This document shows, piece by piece, positions 27,972-37,637 of a stretch of 64,000 nt of DNA. The first letter of the stretch is position 1, and the number at the start of each line of letters is the position of its first letter. Made by a program: the position numbers and the translations under genes. The notes below the pieces were generated by a model. That model had not been told where the DNA came from. It was given only the letters and a program-made list of their open reading frames with translations, and ran no database searches. This DNA comes from Chloroflexota bacterium. Its GTDB lineage: Bacteria; Chloroflexota; UBA11872; UBA12225. Location: the NCBI GenBank assembly GCA_947446285.1, contig CANFGH010000003.1, forward strand, positions 33,537 to 97,536, given 5' to 3'.

Positions 27972-28422
27972 GATCGACAGTCTACCCGAGCATCCTCGCA
28001 TCCACTGGATCCTGCGCCCCTTTGAAGGGCTTGCCACGGCGATAAAGCGTTGGGCCAATTCCACGCGCATCTCCATTGGGGTTTCGGGAATCCTGTTCGG
28101 CCCGGATCGTCGGGTTCTCCTCCTGCGACATACGGTCCGGCACCGCCATCCGTGGGGGGTCTTTTCCGGTTGGGTCTCAACCGGCGAAGAACCCGCCGAT
28201 GCACTGCGCCGCGAAATCAGGGAGGAGACATCCATCGAGGCAACGGTAGGACTGATTGTCAGCATTCGCAGCGATCCCCGTGGTCCGAGCCTCGAGGTGG
28301 TCTTCATCGCGAGGCTCGTCTCTGGATCGTTTCGCCCGAGTGCAGAGACCAGCGAGGGAAGTGGATTGACACGGCAACAGACCCGTTGCCCGAAGGCCTG
28401 CACCCAGCGCACGTGCCTCTGA
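27970..28422 (+). CDS. NUDIX hydrolase
   Basis: Complete Nudix box G-x5-E-x7-REIREETSI (GWVSTGEEPADALRREIREETSIEA). Confidence 0.6.
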   Translation: MIDSLPEHPRIHWILRPFEGLATAIKRWANSTRISIGVSGILFGPDRRVLLLRHTVRHRHPWGVFSGWVSTGEEPADALRREIREETSIEATVGLIVSIRSDPRGPSLEVVFIARLVSGSFRPSAETSEGSGLTRQQTRCPKACTQRTCL

Positions 28423-28537
28423 TCCGTGCCGCGGTCGAGGCATTCCCAACATGCCACGTGAACACCCATGCAAGGCGCGAGAACACCGGACCAATCTGAC
28501 GGGTCCTTGCCAAAACGGATGCCCGGTCAGGCAACGG

Positions 28538-29116
28538 TCACGGAGGTTGGGACGCGGCGAGGCGGGGTGCCTCGCCGGACTCAGCTTCTTCAAGCCTCGC
28601 CATGAAATAGAGAACCAGCGATAGCCGGTTCAGGTAGGAAGACAGGAACGGGTTCGTCGGGTACCCAAGATCACGATCTTCGGCACCGGCTTCAAGAACC
28701 CGCACAACGGATCGCTCGGCACGCCGGACTACCGTGCGAGCGACATCTAGGTGCCCGCCTCCAACCGTGGAACCCGGCAGCACGAACTCGTTGGGGACGT
28801 TGATGCGCCCCCTGAGATCAACAAGCGTCTGATCCAACCATTCCAAGTGGTCCGCAGCCACCCGTTGCGCCAGTGAATGGTTCGGAGGCATCGCCAATTC
28901 GGACATCACCGAGTACAGGTCGCGCTGCACCTTTTCCAGCGTGGCCGCGCCCCATGCACCGTGCCGTGACACCACTGCACGCGCCAGACCAACGTGCGAT
29001 GTGGCTTCGTCGACATCCCCGAGCGCCTCAATGATCGCGTCGGACTTCGAAACCCTTCGCCTTCCAAGAAGGTCGGTCATGCCTCGATCACCCGAACCTG
29101 TTCGCGACGTCACCAT
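28538..29116 (-). CDS. ATP:cob(I)alamin adenosyltransferase, PduO/MMAB type
   Basis: N-terminus (VTSRTGSGDRGMTDLLGRRRVSKSD) matches the PduO-type TRTGDxGxT...RVSK motif. ~190 aa, all helical. Confidence 0.7.
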   Translation of the reverse strand: MVTSRTGSGDRGMTDLLGRRRVSKSDAIIEALGDVDEATSHVGLARAVVSRHGAWGAATLEKVQRDLYSVMSELAMPPNHSLAQRVAADHLEWLDQTLVDLRGRINVPNEFVLPGSTVGGGHLDVARTVVRRAERSVVRVLEAGAEDRDLGYPTNPFLSSYLNRLSLVLYFMARLEEAESGEAPRLAASQPP

Positions 29117-29421
29117 AGCCGTAAAGGTACCGCGCGACCCGTCCAAATCCGGCTAGGATGCGATGCCCTGTACGGGGTTGTGCGCCCGAAATTGGCTGAC
29201 GAACATCGAGAATTCACCCCAATCGGATGAAAGTTCCACGTCGTGCTTGTCGCGCATCGCGCAACAGTGCAGAATTGGGATGACATCGCGACCAGGGGCA
29301 TCGTCGCACCCGGGTTAGTCACAAGCCTTCGACCGCAATCGCATCGCCCGGTCACCGCATCGCCCGCGGTTCCAGGCGGAGTGGTTGCTCTGCGTCCGGC
29401 GCCAGTTGTGCCCAAACTGCA

Positions 29422-30546
29422 TTGGCGTCGTTGAAAAGACGAGAACTATCTGTAATGAGTACGATCGCGCCATCTCGCACCACCCCGGACCTGCATGTGT
29501 CCGATGAGGAACTCCGTCGACTGTACCGAATGATGGTCCAGATCCGTCGGTTCGAGGAACGTACCGAGGAGCAATACACGCGCGACCGGATCGGCGGCTA
29601 CTGCCACTTAAACATCGGTGAAGAGGCCACGGTCGCGGGGACCGTGGGTAGCCTCACGTCCGACGATTACTTGTTCGGCGGGTATCGCGACCATGGCCTC
29701 AGCCTGGCCGTTGGCGGATCGCCGCGTGCCGTCATGGCAGAACTCTTTGGCAAGGAAACGGGACAGGCGCACGGGCGTGGCGGGTCGATGCATCTTCTTG
29801 ACGTGAAACGCCATTTCCTGGGCGGATGGGGAATCGTCGGTGCCCAGATCCCGCTTGCCGTTGGTGCCGCCTTCGCCCTCGATTATGAAGGCCGCCCAGG
29901 TGCCGTCATGTGCCTCTTCGGGGATGCAGCCGTCAACATCGGTGCCTTCCATGAGGGCCTGAACCTCGCGGCAATCTGGAACCTTCCCTGCGTCTTCGTC
30001 ATCACCAATAACCTCTATGGCATGGGAACGTCCGTTGAAATGGCCTCGGCCGAACCTGACCTCTGGAAACGTGGGCAGGCGTACCGGATGCCGTCCGAAC
30101 GGGTTGACGGACAGGATGTCCTCGCGGTTCGCGAGGCAACCCAACGGCTCCTTCGCCTGGCCCGGGAAGAGCGCCAACCGGCCCTGCTGGAGTGCCTGAC
30201 CTACCGCTACCGCGGACACTCGGTGGCCGACCCCGGCAAGTCGTATCGTCCTCAGGAAGAGATTGACCGGTGGCGCGACCGCGATCCGATCGTCCTGTTC
30301 GAACAGACCCTTCGCACGCGTGGCATCCTTGATGATGCCGCCGTCGAGGCTGTCCGTGCGGAGGTCGAGGCCGAAGTCCAGGACGCCATCGACTACGCCC
30401 TTGCGTCTCCAGATCCCGATCCCAAGGATCTGTACCTTCATATCTATGATCCGAAGGGTGCATCCGACTTCGACCGGATGGGCGAGGGTGCGCCGTTCGG
30501 CGAGCTCAGCATCCGCGGTACCAACTGGGCAAACGGGGAAGCCTGA
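29422..30546 (+). CDS. pdhA: Pyruvate dehydrogenase E1 component alpha subunit (TPP-dependent)
   Basis: TPP-binding GDAAVNIGAFHEGLNLAAIWNLPCVFVITNNLYGMGT and a YRYRGHS phosphorylation-loop-like motif. Followed by E1-beta, E2 and E3. Confidence 0.9.
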   Translation: MASLKRRELSVMSTIAPSRTTPDLHVSDEELRRLYRMMVQIRRFEERTEEQYTRDRIGGYCHLNIGEEATVAGTVGSLTSDDYLFGGYRDHGLSLAVGGSPRAVMAELFGKETGQAHGRGGSMHLLDVKRHFLGGWGIVGAQIPLAVGAAFALDYEGRPGAVMCLFGDAAVNIGAFHEGLNLAAIWNLPCVFVITNNLYGMGTSVEMASAEPDLWKRGQAYRMPSERVDGQDVLAVREATQRLLRLAREERQPALLECLTYRYRGHSVADPGKSYRPQEEIDRWRDRDPIVLFEQTLRTRGILDDAAVEAVRAEVEAEVQDAIDYALASPDPDPKDLYLHIYDPKGASDFDRMGEGAPFGELSIRGTNWANGEA

Positions 30547-30670
30547 ACAGACGGGCATGGTGCCGGGAATGCCAGCCTGCATCTGAGACGTATCCATTCA
30601 GGCCCCGGGGCGTCATAGACTGACAACCATTCGGTGCGCGTCCGCGAAACACGGTTTCCCCGACGCAGGA

Positions 30671-31699
30671 GTGTTCAAGACAATGCCAGAGTTGACTTAT
30701 CGTGAGGCGTTGCGCCAGGCGCTGCGCGAAGAGATGCTTCGCGACCCAAGCGTATACGTCATCGGTGAAGAAGTCGGCCGCTTCGAGGGGCCCTACAAGG
30801 TCACCCAAGGCCTCTTCAAGGAGTTCGGGCCCCGGCGCGTCAAGGAAGCACCGATTGCCGAGGAAGGGTTCATGGGCATCGGCGTCGGTTCGGCAATGCT
30901 TGGCCTCCGTCCCGTTGTCGAGATCATGACCTTGAACTTCATCCTTGTCGCCATTGACATGGTCATCAATCATGCCGCCAAGGTGCGGTACATGTTCGGT
31001 GGGCAACTCAAGGTGCCGATGGTCATCCGGACGCCCGGCGGTTCCGGCAAGCAGTTGACCGCCCAGCATTCACAAAGCTTTGAGGGATGGTTTGCAAACA
31101 CTCCCGGCCTGAAGGTGGTTGCACCCTCAAACCCCGCTGATGCCAAAGGCTTGCTCAAGAGTGCCATCCGCGATGATGACCCGGTCCTCTTCCTGGAAAA
31201 CCTCACCATCTACAACCAGCGCGGTGAAGTTCCCGATGGTGACTACGTCGTACCGATCGGGCTGGCAGCCGTCCCGCGCGTCGGCACCGATCTCACGATC
31301 GTATCCCATTCCTATGCGACCGTCCGCGCCCTGCAGGTGGCTGAACGGTTCGCCGAAGAAGGGATCAGCGTCGAGGTCGTCGACCTGCGCAGCCTACGCC
31401 CCCTTGACATGGAGACAGTCGTCAAATCGGTCCGCAAGACCCACCGGGTCCTGTGCGTCGAGGAGGGTTGGCCCACATACGGCGTCTCGGCCGAAATCGC
31501 AGCACGCGTCTCGAAAGCCTGCTTCGCCGAACTTGACGCGCCGGTAGAGCGGGTTGGCGGTGCCGAAGTGTCGATGCCCTATGCCCGTCCGCTTGAAAAC
31601 GCCGCGCAAGTCAACAACGAAAAGATCTATGCCGCCGCGCGCAGTGTTCTCGCAGAAAGCGGCATGCTCAAGCGAGGCATCCTGACCGCCAATCGATAG
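30671..31699 (+). CDS. pdhB: Pyruvate dehydrogenase E1 component beta subunit
   Basis: Transketolase-like pyrimidine-binding and C-terminal domains (EEVGRFEGPYKVTQGL...; IRTPGGSGKQLTAQHSQSFE). Confidence 0.9.
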   Translation: MFKTMPELTYREALRQALREEMLRDPSVYVIGEEVGRFEGPYKVTQGLFKEFGPRRVKEAPIAEEGFMGIGVGSAMLGLRPVVEIMTLNFILVAIDMVINHAAKVRYMFGGQLKVPMVIRTPGGSGKQLTAQHSQSFEGWFANTPGLKVVAPSNPADAKGLLKSAIRDDDPVLFLENLTIYNQRGEVPDGDYVVPIGLAAVPRVGTDLTIVSHSYATVRALQVAERFAEEGISVEVVDLRSLRPLDMETVVKSVRKTHRVLCVEEGWPTYGVSAEIAARVSKACFAELDAPVERVGGAEVSMPYARPLENAAQVNNEKIYAAARSVLAESGMLKRGILTANR

Positions 31700-31827
31700 C
31701 CCGGATCGGACGGGCCATACTCTGGCCACGTCGCACCGGGTGAATTGCCTGCCGGTCGCGAATGATCCGGCAGGTTCACCATCCCTCGTGACGACAAAAT
31801 TCACACCTGATTGACGAAACGACGCCC

Positions 31828-33108
31828 ATGCCAGAAGAAATCGTGATGCCCCGCCTTTCAGACACCATGCAGGTGGGCACCATTGCCCGCTGGGTCAAGC
31901 ATGAGGGCGACGCCGTAAAGACCGGTGATGTCCTCATGGAGGTGGAAACCGACAAGGCGACCCTCGAACTGCCGTCGTATCACGACGGCACGCTCGCGCA
32001 GATCGTGATCGGCGACGGAGGCACCGCCCCGGTGGGAACGATTGTCGGCATCCTGGCGCGTGTCGGCGAATCGGTGGAGTCCGTCCGTATCGCAACCTCA
32101 CCGACACAGGCACCGCCCGCCGTCGCTGCGCAACCTCCTAGGGAAGCGTCCAACTCAGTCCCAGCCCCTGTTGCCGTGGCGACGGTAGCCACCAGTCCCG
32201 TGGTACACGATGTGCCTGTTGGGGCAGTCAAGGCATCACCCCTTGCCCGCATCCTGGCCGAACAGTCCGGCGTTGACCTGCGAACCCTCGCAGGACACGG
32301 CAGTGGCCCGGGAGGACGCATCGTCCGCGCCGACGTCGAGGCCGCAGCCCACGCCCCGGCTCCCGTCCAGCCTGCAGGTATGCCCGTTGTGTCAGCACCG
32401 TCCGGGGACGCGTTCACCGACGAACCCCTCAACCGCATGCGTCAGGCGATTACCCGGGGCATGGGCATTGCCAAACCGGGCATCCCGCACATCTACCTCA
32501 CGGTCGAAGCCGAGATGGATGAGGCCCTCTCGCTCCGTCAGCAAATCAACGACCTGTCAAGTGCAGACCCGCGCGCGAAAGTGTCGGTGAACGATCTTGT
32601 CATCAAGGCCTCTTCACTGGCGTTGCACACCTGGCCGGCAGTAAATGCCTGGTTTCTCGATGAGGCACCTGCTCGCATCCGTACCTGGCACCACGTGAAC
32701 ATCGGCGTGGCCGTCTCCGTCGATGGTGGGTTGATCGTTCCGGTTATCCGCGACGTACCAGGCAAGTCCCTCGGTCAGATTGCACGCGAAACCAAGGACG
32801 TCTACGACCGCGTTCGATCAGGAAAGCCTGCAGCCAATGATCTGCAGGGGGCAACCTTCACTGTCAGCAACCTCGGTGCCTACGGCACCGATGAGTTCGC
32901 CGCCGTGATCGCCTCCCCACAGGCTGCGATCCTCGCGGTTGGCGCCGCTTCGCCACGCGCCGTCGTGCACGATGGCCAGATTGTCGTCCGCACCACGATG
33001 CGCATCACGCTTTCGGCCGACCACCGTGTCGTCGACGGGGCCTACGCCGCCCAATTCCTCAAGGAACTCAAGCGGTTGCTCGAACACCCGATTTCCCTGG
33101 TGCTCTGA
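31828..33108 (+). CDS. pdhC: Dihydrolipoamide acetyltransferase E2 (lipoyl domain + PSBD + catalytic domain)
   Basis: Lipoyl-lysine motif METDKATLEL. E3-binding domain SPLARILAEQSGVDLRTLAGHGSGPGGRI. Catalytic DHRVVDGA. Confidence 0.9.
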   Translation: MPEEIVMPRLSDTMQVGTIARWVKHEGDAVKTGDVLMEVETDKATLELPSYHDGTLAQIVIGDGGTAPVGTIVGILARVGESVESVRIATSPTQAPPAVAAQPPREASNSVPAPVAVATVATSPVVHDVPVGAVKASPLARILAEQSGVDLRTLAGHGSGPGGRIVRADVEAAAHAPAPVQPAGMPVVSAPSGDAFTDEPLNRMRQAITRGMGIAKPGIPHIYLTVEAEMDEALSLRQQINDLSSADPRAKVSVNDLVIKASSLALHTWPAVNAWFLDEAPARIRTWHHVNIGVAVSVDGGLIVPVIRDVPGKSLGQIARETKDVYDRVRSGKPAANDLQGATFTVSNLGAYGTDEFAAVIASPQAAILAVGAASPRAVVHDGQIVVRTTMRITLSADHRVVDGAYAAQFLKELKRLLEHPISLVL

Positions 33109-33149
33109 TCTCACCAGAAGCTACGAACCGACACGAGAGGAATCGCACA

Positions 33150-34568
33150 ATGACGGCAGCCGTCAATCCGGGCGCAGGTCAGAACTCCGAGGATTCATAC
33201 GACTTGATCGTCATCGGTGCCGGTCCCGGCGGATACATTGCCGCCATCCGCGCCGCGCAGTTGGGCCAGCGTACTGCGATCATCGAACGCGAGTGGGTTG
33301 GTGGCGTCTGCCTGAATGTCGGATGCATCCCGTCAAAGGCACTGCTCAAGAACGCTGAGGTCGTTCGGCATCTTTCTCACGCCGACCGCTGGGGCATCAA
33401 GATCGATGGCTTCAAGGCCGATTACGGCCTCGCCGTCGATCGCAGCCGGCAGGTGGTCGGACGTCTGGTCAAGGGCGTCGAGTTCCTCATGCGCAAGAAC
33501 AAGATCCAGCTCATCCGTGGCCTCGCCACCATTCCATCGGCCGGGCGCGTAACGGTCGGCGACAAGACCTACGCCGCACGAAACATTCTGATCGCAACCG
33601 GTGCCCGACCGCGTGCGCTGCCGACCATGCCGTTCGATGGCGAGCGCATTCTGAATTCCTGGCAGAGTGTGGAGAACCGCACCCAGCCTGGAACAATGGT
33701 CATCGTCGGTGGTGGGGCAATCGGATGCGAAATGGCCACCGTCCTCACTGCCTATGGCACCAAGGTGACCATCCTCGAGGCAATGCCGCACCTCCTTCCT
33801 CGCGAGGATGAGAAGATCAGCCAGACCCTCGAGCGCTCATTCCAGAAGCAGGGCATCGCCTTCCACACCGGCGTTCAGGTTGAACGAGCCACGAACACCG
33901 GGTCAGCCGTGGAAGTGGCCTACAAGAGCGGCGACGCCAGTCACACACTCGTCGTCGACCGGTGTCTCGTCGCCGTCAGTGTCCAACCAAACACCGAAGG
34001 TCTTGGTCTCGAAGCCTTGGGCGTTGCAACCGAACGCGGATACATCAAGGTTGACGAGCGCATGGCAACGTCCGTGGCAGGAATCTGGGCAATCGGTGAT
34101 GTGACGAACACGCCATACGCCCTCGCCCACGTGGCATCCGCCGAAGGCGTCCTCGCTGCCGAAGCCATTGCCGGACACGAAACCCGTCCCATCAAGTACG
34201 CCGATGTGCCACGTCCCACATTCTGCTTCCCGCAGGTTGCAAGCATCGGTTTGACCGAGAAGCAGGCACGCGATGCCGGGTACGACGTCAAGATTGGCGA
34301 AGTTCCCTATGCCGCGAGCGGGAAGTCGCTTGCCAACGACGAGACCGAGGGACTTGTGAAACTCGTCGTCGACGGCAAGTACGGTGAGATCCTCGGTGCC
34401 CACCTCATCGGTGCCGAGGCAACCGAACTCCTGGCACAGGTCACACCGTTCCGCACCCTTGAAGGTACCACCCACGAACTGGGTGACATCATGGTCGCGC
34501 ATCCGACCCTGAGCGAACTCGTCAAGGAAGCAGCCCTCGCTGCCCAAGGACACGCCATCGGCATCTAG
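33150..34568 (+). CDS. lpd: Dihydrolipoyl dehydrogenase E3
   Basis: FAD-binding GAGPGGY. Redox-active GGVCLNVGCIPSK. NAD-binding GGGAIGCE. Dimerisation domain with HAHPTLSE. Confidence 0.9.
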   Translation: MTAAVNPGAGQNSEDSYDLIVIGAGPGGYIAAIRAAQLGQRTAIIEREWVGGVCLNVGCIPSKALLKNAEVVRHLSHADRWGIKIDGFKADYGLAVDRSRQVVGRLVKGVEFLMRKNKIQLIRGLATIPSAGRVTVGDKTYAARNILIATGARPRALPTMPFDGERILNSWQSVENRTQPGTMVIVGGGAIGCEMATVLTAYGTKVTILEAMPHLLPREDEKISQTLERSFQKQGIAFHTGVQVERATNTGSAVEVAYKSGDASHTLVVDRCLVAVSVQPNTEGLGLEALGVATERGYIKVDERMATSVAGIWAIGDVTNTPYALAHVASAEGVLAAEAIAGHETRPIKYADVPRPTFCFPQVASIGLTEKQARDAGYDVKIGEVPYAASGKSLANDETEGLVKLVVDGKYGEILGAHLIGAEATELLAQVTPFRTLEGTTHELGDIMVAHPTLSELVKEAALAAQGHAIGI

Positions 34569-34682
34569 TGCCCACCCGGCGCCAACACAACCGATACCCA
34601 TGGTCGCGTTGGCGTCCCTACTCCGAAACCCCGGTTGCACGGTTGCACCATGCACCCCCTACCACCCATCAGGACGTAAGCG

Positions 34683-35345
34683 ATGCGAGGTTTCATCGGT
34701 GGAATCCTGATCCTCGGCGCCGCCATCGCAATGATGGTCTACACCCTCGGACCTGACTGGAGCCTGGGCAAAGCCCTCGACACCCTCTCACAGGCGCGCG
34801 GCCTGCCGGCATCGACCCCCTCACCCCCTGCAGCGTCGCAAACCCGACCTCCGGCAGATCGACCCGCGATGGCGCCGACCATGACCGTTGCCATCGCGCC
34901 GACTGCACTACCCGCGCAAACGGGTACGCAGGCAGGAATCCAGACCCTCACATTCGAGGAAAAGGAAATCAACGACTACCTATCCACCGCATCAATTGGG
35001 CAGGAATTGGCAAACACCCCGTTTGGGACCGTGACCATCAATGACCTCGGCGTGAAGTTCCGCAGCGGGGAAATCAGCGTTACGGGCAGCGCGCAAGGCG
35101 GACCAGGGCGACTCGCCTTCTCCATGACCGGGACACTTGCAGTAAGCGACGGTGGCGTGCGAGTCCTCGTCAAGGAAGCCCGCGTCAACGACCTGCCGCT
35201 TCCAGCGGCGATGCGTACACCAATCGAACAAGCCATCACATCGCAATTGACCGCCGCCCTGAATACCCAAGGCGTCCGGGTCACGGAAGTCGAACTGCGT
35301 GATGGCAGCCTTACGCTGAAGGGCACGCGCAACGCACGCAGTTGA
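34683..35345 (+). CDS. Hypothetical membrane-anchored protein (N-terminal TM, Pro/Ala/Thr-rich linker, C-terminal globular domain)
   Basis: ORF with a TM helix (GGILILGAAIAMMVY) followed by a beta-rich C-terminal domain. No motif recognised. Confidence 0.5.
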   Translation: MRGFIGGILILGAAIAMMVYTLGPDWSLGKALDTLSQARGLPASTPSPPAASQTRPPADRPAMAPTMTVAIAPTALPAQTGTQAGIQTLTFEEKEINDYLSTASIGQELANTPFGTVTINDLGVKFRSGEISVTGSAQGGPGRLAFSMTGTLAVSDGGVRVLVKEARVNDLPLPAAMRTPIEQAITSQLTAALNTQGVRVTEVELRDGSLTLKGTRNARS

Positions 35346-35755
35346 TGATCAGTCGCGGGCCGTCAGCGACCGTCGACGCGGACCGGTATCCGGACAGGCA
35401 CAAGTTTCTCCCGCGGGCCGAACAGGGCATTCGCGATGGCATTCACCACTTCCAGGATTCTTTGCATGCCCAACCTCGGTTCAGTCGCGCCTGACGGTGC
35501 GTCGTTCTAGCGTAACTTGTCGAGTACCCATGCGCACACGCCGGGGCATGTAGTACCGACCAAAGTCGTTCGCACGGTTGACGAACCGATTGCGAGCCCC
35601 TGGACAATGCCGGACGCACACCTGTTCCGGCCGTCCCGCCCCGTACAATCTGGATGGCAAGCTTGGGCTGTTCCATCCAGCGCATCATCCCCGAACAGGC
35701 TCCAAGTACTCTAGTGACGCCACTCACCTCGAGTGGTTGGAAGTGAGCAGCAAAT

Positions 35756-36112
35756 ATGGCACGAACCCTTAGCGACGGCCTCATCATTGCGATGATCGAA
35801 GCTTCAACACGCCTCACCGCCGCGCGGGGATCCTCCAGCCGCGGTGGAAGTTCCGCACCAGCCGCCAAGCCAGCGGCTCATGCCGAGGAAAGCGCAGTGG
35901 TGACACCAGCGACCACTCCTGAAGCCGCTCCAACCGACGCGACGGCCGTCAAGCCAGAGGCATCCCACGACCACGAAAAGTCAGACGACGGCGACCATCG
36001 CTCCGCGGACGAGATCGGAAGCGACTTCGCGACCATCTACCGTCACATCGAGGAAATGGTTCGCGCCTCCGCCGAGCAGGAAACCAAGACGGTCGGTTTT
36101 ACCGTTCGCTAA
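35756..36112 (+). CDS. Hypothetical acidic low-complexity protein
   Basis: 118-aa ORF ending at a bidirectional terminator. Ala/Pro/Glu-rich middle, helical C-terminus. Weak evidence. Confidence 0.35.
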   Translation: MARTLSDGLIIAMIEASTRLTAARGSSSRGGSSAPAAKPAAHAEESAVVTPATTPEAAPTDATAVKPEASHDHEKSDDGDHRSADEIGSDFATIYRHIEEMVRASAEQETKTVGFTVR

Positions 36113-36126
36113 CCAGCGTCAACTGC

Positions 36127-36178
36127 TCAGGCAATCAAGCGGGGTGTGGGTCCGGCTGTCGGATCCACACCCCGCTTG
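36127..36178. terminator. Bidirectional intrinsic terminator between the 35756 gene and hom
   Basis: AGCGGGGTGTGG...CCACACCCCGCT stem (12 bp) followed by TGCGTTTCTT. Lies between convergent gene ends. Confidence 0.5.
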
Positions 36179-36218
36179 CGTTTCTTGAACCTGCCACGTG
36201 GTTTCCGGACGGATGTCG

Positions 36219-37577
36219 TCAGGGGGTCTCGATCCGAAGGACGCTCCCTAGGTCGCGAACCGCCGACAGCGTTTCAAACTGGTGCAGGGCATCTCGCATC
36301 CCCGCCTCCCGCGCACCGTGGGTCACGATCACCAGTTCCGCGGTTCCAGCCTTGGCATCGGTCTCCTTCTGGATGCACGAGGCAATGCTGATCCCATGAT
36401 CGCCGAACACCTGCGCAATCTGCGCGAGGACACCCGGTTGATCGGCTACCCAAAGGTGAACGTAATACCGGGATTGGACGTCATCAATCGCCAGAAGAGG
36501 CAGGTTGTCAGTCACCCGAAATGGCACGCGGTTCGAGACCCCAGCATTGACGTTGTGGGCGATGTCGATGATGTCGGAAACCACCGAACTGGATGTAGGT
36601 CCCGAACCCGCACCCCGGCCATAGAGCAGTACGTCACCCACGAGGTCACCTTGGACATGAACCGCGTTGTAGACGCCGTTGACCCCCGCTAGCAACACGT
36701 GCTTTGGCAACAAGGTGGGATGCACCCTGAGTTCGATCGAATCGGCGGTGCCATCCGCGCCCTTGTGCCTTCGACCGATCGCCACCAACTTAATGACATA
36801 TCCGAGTTCCCGTGCCATCCTGAAGTCGATTGCCCGAAGCTTGGTGATGCCTTCACGGAAAATCTGCGGTGGTGGGACGTGCGTCCGGAACGCCAGTGAT
36901 GCAAGGATTGCCAACTTGTAGGTCGCGTCAATCGCCTCGACGTCGTTCGTCGGATCGGCCTCGGCATAGCCGAGTGCCTGTGCCTCTGCCAACGCCGGCA
37001 AGTAGTCGGCACCGTCCTGCGCCATGCGTGTCAGGATGTAGTTCGTGGTCCCATTGATGATGGCGTGAACCGACTGCACCTCGTTGGCGACCAGATCCTG
37101 CCGGAAGACCCCGATGAGCGGGATGCCACCACCGACACTCGCTTCGTACGAGATGTCCACGCCGTGTTCGGCCGCCAGCCGGAGCAACTCCACCCCCTCG
37201 GTCGCCATGAGGTCCTTGTTGGCGGTGACAATGTGCTTGCCCGCCCGGATTGCCCGGCGCAACCATTCACCCGCCGGCCTGATACCGCCCATCACCTCGA
37301 CCACGATGTCGATCGTCGGGTCCTCGAGGATTGCATCGGGATCGGTCGAAAGGAGTTCAGCCGGTACCTCAACCTCACGTGTACGGTGGAGATCCCGCAC
37401 GACGACCTTGGTCAACTCGATCGGCCGGCCAATCTCTCGCGAAATGATGTCACGGCGCGAAAGCAGCAACTTCGCGACTCCGCCGCCAACGGTTCCAAGG
37501 CCGAACATGCCAATCCGAACCGGTTTGACCCCGGAAGCGGCATCGTGTGAAGTAGTAGCCACATTCATAGACATCAC
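36219..37577 (-). CDS. hom: Homoserine dehydrogenase (with C-terminal ACT domain)
   Basis: NAD-binding GMFGLGTVGGGV. Catalytic domain. C-terminal ACT-like segment (LWVADQPGVLAQIAQVFGDHGISI). Confidence 0.9.
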   Translation of the reverse strand: MMSMNVATTSHDAASGVKPVRIGMFGLGTVGGGVAKLLLSRRDIISREIGRPIELTKVVVRDLHRTREVEVPAELLSTDPDAILEDPTIDIVVEVMGGIRPAGEWLRRAIRAGKHIVTANKDLMATEGVELLRLAAEHGVDISYEASVGGGIPLIGVFRQDLVANEVQSVHAIINGTTNYILTRMAQDGADYLPALAEAQALGYAEADPTNDVEAIDATYKLAILASLAFRTHVPPPQIFREGITKLRAIDFRMARELGYVIKLVAIGRRHKGADGTADSIELRVHPTLLPKHVLLAGVNGVYNAVHVQGDLVGDVLLYGRGAGSGPTSSSVVSDIIDIAHNVNAGVSNRVPFRVTDNLPLLAIDDVQSRYYVHLWVADQPGVLAQIAQVFGDHGISIASCIQKETDAKAGTAELVIVTHGAREAGMRDALHQFETLSAVRDLGSVLRIETP

Positions 37578-37637
37578 TCCCGATAGTACGGGTCGCTGTG
37601 CCCGGCAGGCGAGTGGAGTTGACGCCTCGTGCAGCCC

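Noticed and set aside
27528-28469. 313-aa minus-strand ORF overlapping the whole NUDIX gene
   Set aside because: The N-terminal two-thirds is Arg/Cys/Trp-rich, a typical antisense shadow of a GC-rich gene. The plus strand carries a complete Nudix box. Only the C-terminal 148 codons (27528-27971) were kept as a tentative gene.
29608-30597. 329-aa minus-strand ORF
   Set aside because: Antisense shadow of pdhA, which has unambiguous TPP-enzyme motifs on the plus strand.
33903-34655. 250-aa minus-strand ORF
   Set aside because: Antisense to lpd, whose plus-strand product has the FAD/NAD and CxxxxC motifs.
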